Assembly (NCBI GenBank): GCA_963784835.1
Contig: CAWASM010000002.1
Location: 272,076 to 304,075 of the forward strand
Reading direction: 5' to 3'
From: an uncultured Actinomycetes bacterium
Lineage (GTDB): Bacteria > Actinomycetota > Thermoleophilia > RBG-16-64-13
DNA length: 32,000 nucleotides
Position 1 is the stretch's first letter, and each line of letters begins with the position of its first letter. The position numbers were made by a program, and so were the translations under genes. Below the pieces are notes generated by a model that was given only the letters and a program-made list of their open reading frames with translations, did no database searches and was not told the DNA's origin. Below, in pieces: positions 27,225-32,000 of the stretch.

Positions 27225-27473
27225 CTACTCTGCGAAGTCCATCCTCTGGAGGCCCACGCCCTTGAGTCCCTTGAGCTCGAGATAGAACTCCTCTGCTTCG
27301 GCGCCGAAGACATCAACCAGCACCAGGCCGCTGGGGGAGCAACTGGTGGCGTCGGCGTCGTGGATGCCCAGCCGGGTGCGGATGTTGCAGCCGTACTTCG
27401 TCAGGGTGGACTGCAGCGCGGGGACGTTCTCGACGCGATTTGTGATGTGGATACCGAAGATGGTGTGCTTCAT
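27225..27473 (-). CDS. TM1266-like small ACT-fold protein (the family annotated as putative iron-only hydrogenase system regulator)
   Basis: ATG 27473 lies 3 nt after GAGGAGGAG. The 82-aa product 'MKHTIFGIHITNRVENVPALQSTLTKYGCNIRTRLGIHD...GLVLVDVFG...LKGLKGVGLQRM' has the layout I recall for that family. Confidence 0.6.
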   Translation of the reverse strand: MKHTIFGIHITNRVENVPALQSTLTKYGCNIRTRLGIHDADATSCSPSGLVLVDVFGAEAEEFYLELKGLKGVGLQRMDFAE

Positions 27474-27518
27474 GTCTCCTCCTCTGGCTCCGATGCTTAG
27501 AAACAACCCCATTGTACA

Positions 27519-27580
27519 TTGACCTTTGCTACCCGAGGGCGTAACTTGTGAAACACGTAACGGTGTTATCTGTGTAACGA
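27519..27580 (+). promoter_or_regulatory. Putative rex promoter with Rex-box-like elements
   Basis: TTGACC (27519-27524), 17 nt, TAACTT (27542-27547). A TTGTGAA half-site lies at 27546-27552. The inverted repeat TGTTA-n6-TAAC at 27564-27578 resembles the TGTGA-n6-TCACA Rex operator core. GTAAC occurs three times (27541, 27557, 27574). Confidence 0.3.
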
Positions 27581-28737
27581 TGCTGCGATGGGACGGGGCG
27601 GAGCGCGTGACAGTGGGAACAAAGCCGGGAGTATCCCGCAAGACGGTGGGCAGGCTCAGCCTCTACCGCCGGCTGCTCGACAACCTCTCGGAATCCGGCA
27701 CCACCAGCATCTTCTCCCACCAGCTGGCCCACCTAGCGGGAGTCAGCGCCACCCAAGTGAGGCGCGACTTCATGGTGATCGGCTACTCGGGTAGCCCCAA
27801 CCGTGGCTATCAGGTGGACACCTGCCTGGACGCCATCTCCAGCCTCCTCGACGGCTGCACGCGCCAGGATGTGGTTCTTGTGGGGCTGGGCCGGCTGGGC
27901 AGGTCGGTGCTCGCCCACTTTGCCGGCCGCCGCCCGCTGCTGCGCATCGCGGCGGGCTTCGACACCGACCCGGCTACTATCGGGACCTCCGTCGAGGGCT
28001 GTCCGGTGCACGGCATGCAAGACCTGGAACCCATTGTCAAGGCCAAGGGCATCCGCATCGCCATCCTGGCAGTGCCGCCCGAGACCGCGCAGACCGCTGC
28101 TGAGGCCTTGGTGCGCGCGGGCGTGCGAAGCATCGTGGACTTCACAGCCATCCCCCTGCAGGTGCCCGAGGACGTGTTCGTGGACCATATGGACATCACT
28201 TCGGCGCTGGAATCGGCCGCCTTCTTCGCCCGCCAGGAACAGATCCCAGGAGACACGGGCGCCGGCGTCGAGAACGGCGTGGAGAACGGTGGCGAGGCCG
28301 AGATGGACCCCATGATCCACACCATCGACGCCTTGCTGGAAGAGGCTCACTTAGGGCTCCAAGAGCTCGCTGCCAAGATCGGCGCCCGGGTCCTCACGCC
28401 TCACCCCGAGACCGCGGGCGAGGTGACGCGCATCTACGCCGGCGACCGGGTGAGCGACCTCCTCAACGAGGCCTCCGACAAGACCCTGCTGGTAACCAAT
28501 CTGGCCAACCTACAGATGTTGCGGGTGGCTGAACTGATGGAGGTCCCCGGCATCTGCTTCGTCGACGGGGTCGACCCGGGACCGGACATAGTGGACCTAG
28601 CCGCCGAAGACGGCACGTTGCTCATGGTGTCGCCCTTGGGCGTCTTCGAGACCTGCGGTCTGATATACCAATTGCTCGCCGGTGAAGCGCCTTCTCCCGA
28701 GGCTCGCCCTCTCGAAGCCCGGGATGAGCGGGGCTGA
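27580..28737 (+). CDS. rex: Redox-sensing repressor Rex fused in frame to a C-terminal DRTGG domain
   Basis: The Rex part is 'GRLSLYRRLLDNL...SHQLAHLAGVSATQVRRDFMVIGYSGSPNRGYQV...VVLVGLGRLGRSVLAHF...FDTDP...IAILAVPPETAQ'. The linker is 'IPGDTGAGVENGVENGGEAE'. The DRTGG part is 'IYAGDRVSDLLNEASDKTLLVTNLANLQMLRVAELMEVPGICFVDG'. The start is uncertain (ATG 27580 or GTG 27607). Confidence 0.8.
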   Translation: MLRWDGAERVTVGTKPGVSRKTVGRLSLYRRLLDNLSESGTTSIFSHQLAHLAGVSATQVRRDFMVIGYSGSPNRGYQVDTCLDAISSLLDGCTRQDVVLVGLGRLGRSVLAHFAGRRPLLRIAAGFDTDPATIGTSVEGCPVHGMQDLEPIVKAKGIRIAILAVPPETAQTAAEALVRAGVRSIVDFTAIPLQVPEDVFVDHMDITSALESAAFFARQEQIPGDTGAGVENGVENGGEAEMDPMIHTIDALLEEAHLGLQELAAKIGARVLTPHPETAGEVTRIYAGDRVSDLLNEASDKTLLVTNLANLQMLRVAELMEVPGICFVDGVDPGPDIVDLAAEDGTLLMVSPLGVFETCGLIYQLLAGEAPSPEARPLEARDERG

Positions 28738-30439
28738 CCTCCCCACTATCATGGAATTCTTGTCATACGACATAGAGAGCAACGACTTCCGCCGGGCGGG
28801 AGCCGCGTCGCGCGCCATCAAGGAGCACCTGAAGCGCATCGGGGCCGAGGCCGAAGCTATCCGCCGCACCATGATCGCCGCCTATGAGGCCGAGATGAAC
28901 GTGGTAATACACTCCACCGGCGGCCGGTTGGAGGCTTGTCTTTCGGAGTCCCAGATAGACGTGAACGTGGTGGACGGGGGCCCGGGCATCCCCGACGTGG
29001 AGCAGGCCATGGTGGAGGGGTTCTCCACGGCCGGCGCCGAAGCCCGCGCCTTGGGTTTTGGGGCGGGGATGGGCCTACCCAATATCAAGCGCAGCAGCGA
29101 TCGTCTGCGCGTGACCTCGCGGATGGGAGAAGGCACCCGGGTGAGCTTCACGGTCTATCTGCAACCGGAGAGCACCGACGGGAAGCGGCCCATCTCGCTC
29201 TACGCCTCTGCCGACCGCTGCCGCGACTGCCGGGCGTGCTTGACTGCCTGCCCCACCCAAGCCATGCGCGTGCGCGACGGGCGTCCAAGCGTACTCGAAC
29301 ACCTCTGCATAGACTGCGCGGCCTGCATAGCAGCCTGCACCAGCGCGGCGCTGACCATGCGTGACGATGTCTCCAGTCTGGAAGCGCTGCCCGACAAGCA
29401 AGACATGCTGCTGGTGGTGCCGCCGGCTCTGCTGGCCGGTTGCGGCGGGGACTATCCGCCGGCACAGGTGCTGGCCGCATTGCAGGGCCTGGGCTTTGCC
29501 GGGGTGATCACCTCGGAGCCATACGAACTGGCGCTGCTCGCTGCGGTGGGCAAGGCCCCGGCCGAGGGCGCAACCGGCGGCAAGGCCCGTCCCCGGCCTC
29601 TCATCTCGCCCTCGTGCCCGGCGATCGTGAACCTGGTAGAACTGCGCTTCCCCTCGCTGGTGCCCCATCTCGCCCCCTTCGATTCGCCCTGGGAGGCGGT
29701 GCAGGCAGCATACGGCGACCGGCCGGTCGCCTACGTGGTCTCGTGCCCCAGCCAGCGCTCCGCCCTGCTCCTGCAGACGCAAGGCACGGCCGCGGGCGCG
29801 TCCGCCGAATGCTTGACGCCCGGCACACTCCGCCAAGCCGTCATGATGAAGCTGACCGGTGGGGCAAGCCCCGAACCGGAGTCGCACAGCGAGACCGCCT
29901 CGAGCCCCCTCCCCACGCACACCGGTGCGATGCCGGCGGGCACCGCCGGTGACGATACACTTCTGACGGTCACCGGCATCGCGCACGTCATAGCGGTACT
30001 GGAGCAGATCGAGAACGGCCTGCTGGGCGACGTGGCCGCCATCGACCCGTATGCCTGCGCAGGCGGGTGTTTCGGCTCCCCGCTTCTGTTCGAAGACCAC
30101 CACGTAGCCGCCCACCGTTGGGAACGCGGCCGGGCGGCGGTCGAAGCCGCCGAGGCGGCGGGCGCCTCCGGCGCCGTTCCCGCGCCGGCCCCGCAGCCGC
30201 GCCGGCGGCCCTTCGGCGCCCGGCCGGGCATCCGCCTGGATGCCGACATGGGCAAGGCCATCCAGAAGCTGGGCCACTTGCAGCAGGTCATCCACTCACT
30301 GCCGGGCAGGGACTGCGGCACCTGCGGCGCCCCCACCTGCGCAGCCTTGGCCGAAGACGTAGTCATGCAACGGGCCGGCATCGAACTGTGCCCTTACACT
30401 GCCCGTACGAACGGAGAGAAGGAGGACCGCGACCGATGA
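28724..30439 (+). CDS. Multidomain Fe-S protein: GHKL/HATPase_c (RsbW-like) module, 2x[4Fe-4S] ferredoxin, [FeFe]-hydrogenase large-subunit-like domain, and a C-terminal CxxCGxxxC Fe-S domain
   Basis: HATPase boxes: 'EAEMNVVIH', 'VVDGGPGIP', 'GFGAGMGLPNI'. Ferredoxin: 'CRDCRACLTACP' and 'CIDCAACIAAC'. HydA-like motifs: 'SPSCPAIV', 'VVSCPSQ', 'ACAGGCFGSP'. C-terminus: 'GRDCGTCGAPTCAALAED'. The start is uncertain (ATG 28724 overlapping the rex stop, or ATG 28751). Confidence 0.8.
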   Translation: MSGADLPTIMEFLSYDIESNDFRRAGAASRAIKEHLKRIGAEAEAIRRTMIAAYEAEMNVVIHSTGGRLEACLSESQIDVNVVDGGPGIPDVEQAMVEGFSTAGAEARALGFGAGMGLPNIKRSSDRLRVTSRMGEGTRVSFTVYLQPESTDGKRPISLYASADRCRDCRACLTACPTQAMRVRDGRPSVLEHLCIDCAACIAACTSAALTMRDDVSSLEALPDKQDMLLVVPPALLAGCGGDYPPAQVLAALQGLGFAGVITSEPYELALLAAVGKAPAEGATGGKARPRPLISPSCPAIVNLVELRFPSLVPHLAPFDSPWEAVQAAYGDRPVAYVVSCPSQRSALLLQTQGTAAGASAECLTPGTLRQAVMMKLTGGASPEPESHSETASSPLPTHTGAMPAGTAGDDTLLTVTGIAHVIAVLEQIENGLLGDVAAIDPYACAGGCFGSPLLFEDHHVAAHRWERGRAAVEAAEAAGASGAVPAPAPQPRRRPFGARPGIRLDADMGKAIQKLGHLQQVIHSLPGRDCGTCGAPTCAALAEDVVMQRAGIELCPYTARTNGEKEDRDR

Positions 30440-30837
30440 GACTGCAAGAGCTGGCTCAAGTCCTTGATCTCCAGGCGCTCACACCCGGCCTCGATCGACC
30501 GGGCGATGAAACCGGCGCCTCCGCGGGCGTCGAAACCAGCACAACCGCACTTGACGCCGACATCACCCGGGCCTACGCCTCCGACCTACTTAGCGACGTG
30601 CTGGCCAACGCCCCCTCTGGGGGGATCTTGATAACCATACAAGTGCACCTCAACGTCATCGCCGTGGCCAGCCACGCCGGGCTGCACGGAGTGATCTTCG
30701 CGTGCGGGCGGACTCCCGAGCCCGACGTCATCGGGAGGGCGGCCGAGGAGGGCCTTGCGCTCTACGTGTCCGGCGCAGATACGTTCGACCTGGCCGGCCG
30801 CCTCTACGAGTTGGGCGTCAGAGGGAGCGGCGCATGA
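30436..30837 (+). CDS. DRTGG-domain protein
   Basis: ATGA overlap with the upstream stop. 'AYASDLLSDVLANAPSGGILITIQVHLNVIAVASHAGLHGVIFACGRTPEPDVIGRAAEEGLALYVSGADTFDLAGRLYELG' matches the DRTGG proteins found in hydrogenase-linked clusters. Confidence 0.8.
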   Translation: MRLQELAQVLDLQALTPGLDRPGDETGASAGVETSTTALDADITRAYASDLLSDVLANAPSGGILITIQVHLNVIAVASHAGLHGVIFACGRTPEPDVIGRAAEEGLALYVSGADTFDLAGRLYELGVRGSGA

Positions 30838-31675
30838 CCGGCGCCCCCACTGTGAAGTCCCCCCGGGAAGGATGCCATGCTTGAGCGCCGCGTCCACAGC
30901 CGGGTCCTCCCCCCTGGGCGCACACCTGCGCACGTTCCGGGCCGATCTGCACATCCACTCGGCGCTCTCGCCCTGCGGGTCGGAAGAGATGACTCCTCCG
31001 GTCATCGTGCGGAACGCTCTGGAGGCGGGGCTTGACATGATCGCCATCTCCGACCATAACTCCGCGGGCAACGTGGCGGCCGTCCAGCAGGCGGCCGAAG
31101 CTGCCGGCGGCGGTCTCACCGTATTGCCCGGAATGGAGATCGCCTCCGTGGAAGAGGTGCACGTGCTTGGCTTGTTCCCCGACCTGCCGGCCGCCGAGAG
31201 CGTGGCCGCCACGCTGAGCGGCCTGCTGCCTCAGGCCGACGATGGTTACTACTCGTTCTTCGGGGAACAGCACCTGCTCACCGCCGACGGCCGCGTCTCC
31301 GGACAGGAGACAGTCGAACTGGCGAGCGCCACCCCCCTCGACCTCAACGAGGCGGTAGAGCTAATCCACAGCCGGGGCGGCCTGGCCATCGCAGCCCATG
31401 TGGACCGAAAGGCCTTCAGCGTCTTCTCTCAACTGGGGTTCTTCCCCGAAGACGCGGGCTTCGACGGCATCGAGGTCTCGCGTCACTTCTCTCCGACCTC
31501 TACTCTGCTCGACACTCCCGCCCTCCGCGGCCTGCCTGTCACCGGCGCCTCCGACGCGCACTACCCGGACGACATCGGGGCGGCCACCACCCTACTACGG
31601 CTGGCCGAGCCCTCGTTCGCCGAGCTGCTGCTGGCCTTCTCCGGAGCCCAAGAACGGAGCGTGGCTCGTGCATGA
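30834..31675 (+). CDS. PHP-domain metal-dependent phosphoesterase. Probable frameshift at the C-run 30859-30864.
   Basis: 'ADLHIHSALSPCG', 'AISDHNS', 'PGMEI', 'AIAAHVDR' and 'GASDAH' are the PHP motifs. ATG 30834 overlaps the DRTGG stop (ATGA) but is in another frame until the C6 run. The in-frame alternative start is ATG 30872. Span is 3n-1. Confidence 0.75.
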
Positions 31676-32000
31676 CCTGTCGCTCTATCTACTTGAGGTG
31701 CTCGAGAACTCGGTGCGCGCCGGTGCGGCGCATGTAGACACGGCGCTGTTCGTGGATCAAGGCTCCGACACGCTTCGGCTCACCGTCGACGACGACGGCA
31801 GCGGCCTATCCTCCACCCCCGAGCAGACTCTCGACCCCTTCTACACCACCAAGCCCGGCAAGAAGACCGGTCTGGGCCTCAGCCTGCTGAAAGCCGAGGC
31901 CCAGGCGGCCGGCGGCGATCTGCTCATCGGGCCTTCGCCGGCGCTGGGAGGCGTGCGGGTACAGACCTTCATGCGCCTGAGCCATGTGGACCGCCCCCCG
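31668..32000 (+). CDS. GHKL/HATPase_c-type ATP-binding protein (partial, runs off the right edge)
   Basis: GTG 31668 overlaps the PHP stop. 'LLEVLENSVRAGA' is the N box, 'VDDDGSGL' is G1, and 'DPFYTTKPGKKTGLGLSLLK' covers G2. There is no stop before the window end, which is why it is absent from the ORF track. Confidence 0.75.
   Translation, partial: MHDLSLYLLEVLENSVRAGAAHVDTALFVDQGSDTLRLTVDDDGSGLSSTPEQTLDPFYTTKPGKKTGLGLSLLKAEAQAAGGDLLIGPSPALGGVRVQTFMRLSHVDRPP

Noticed and set aside
29075-30295. 406-aa minus-strand ORF, plus other long ORFs antisense to real genes (5756-6826, 26126-27100, 13082-13759, 3017-3742, 27733-28350)
   Set aside because: All lie opposite genes with clear family motifs and have the Arg/Gly/Ala/Pro-rich composition typical of non-coding frames in high-GC DNA.

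Overview
High-GC bacterial window, probably from a strict anaerobe. A RipA-like NlpC/P60 gene and a leaderless-looking promoter are Actinomycetota-like, but I cannot fix the phylum from sequence alone. It has three parts. (1) 1-18.6 kb is accessory DNA. One intact initiator tRNA-Met gene lies at 18541-18617 (-). It is followed, in the same orientation, by three near-identical copies of its 3' 45-47 nt (14174, 10871, 7591) and one diverged copy (413). Each copy carries a terminator hairpin, so this looks like a stack of four decayed integrative islands. Their cargo includes a SLATT(DUF4231)-RyR-TIR gene string with lectin-like surface proteins, which is the best candidate for a little-studied conflict or signalling system. 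Other cargo is an AbiEi/AbiEii toxin-antitoxin pair, several lipoproteins, an integrase stump cut by an IS481-family IS, and a GYF/transglutaminase membrane protein. (2) 18.8-27.2 kb is housekeeping-like: NlpC/P60, NifU-like, thiolase, alpha/beta hydrolase, Tag-like and AlkD-like repair genes, and a NitT/TauT-type ABC transporter. (3) 27.2-32.0 kb is a Rex-centred regulatory cluster of the type found next to [FeFe]-hydrogenases: TM1266-like ACT protein, Rex fused to DRTGG, HATPase fused to a HydA-like Fe-S protein, DRTGG, PHP, and a second HATPase. About 20 apparent 1-2 nt frameshifts split otherwise recognisable genes, many at homopolymer runs. The ORF track is therefore fragmented, and I give reconstructed gene spans with that caveat. 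I found no rRNA and no CRISPR array.
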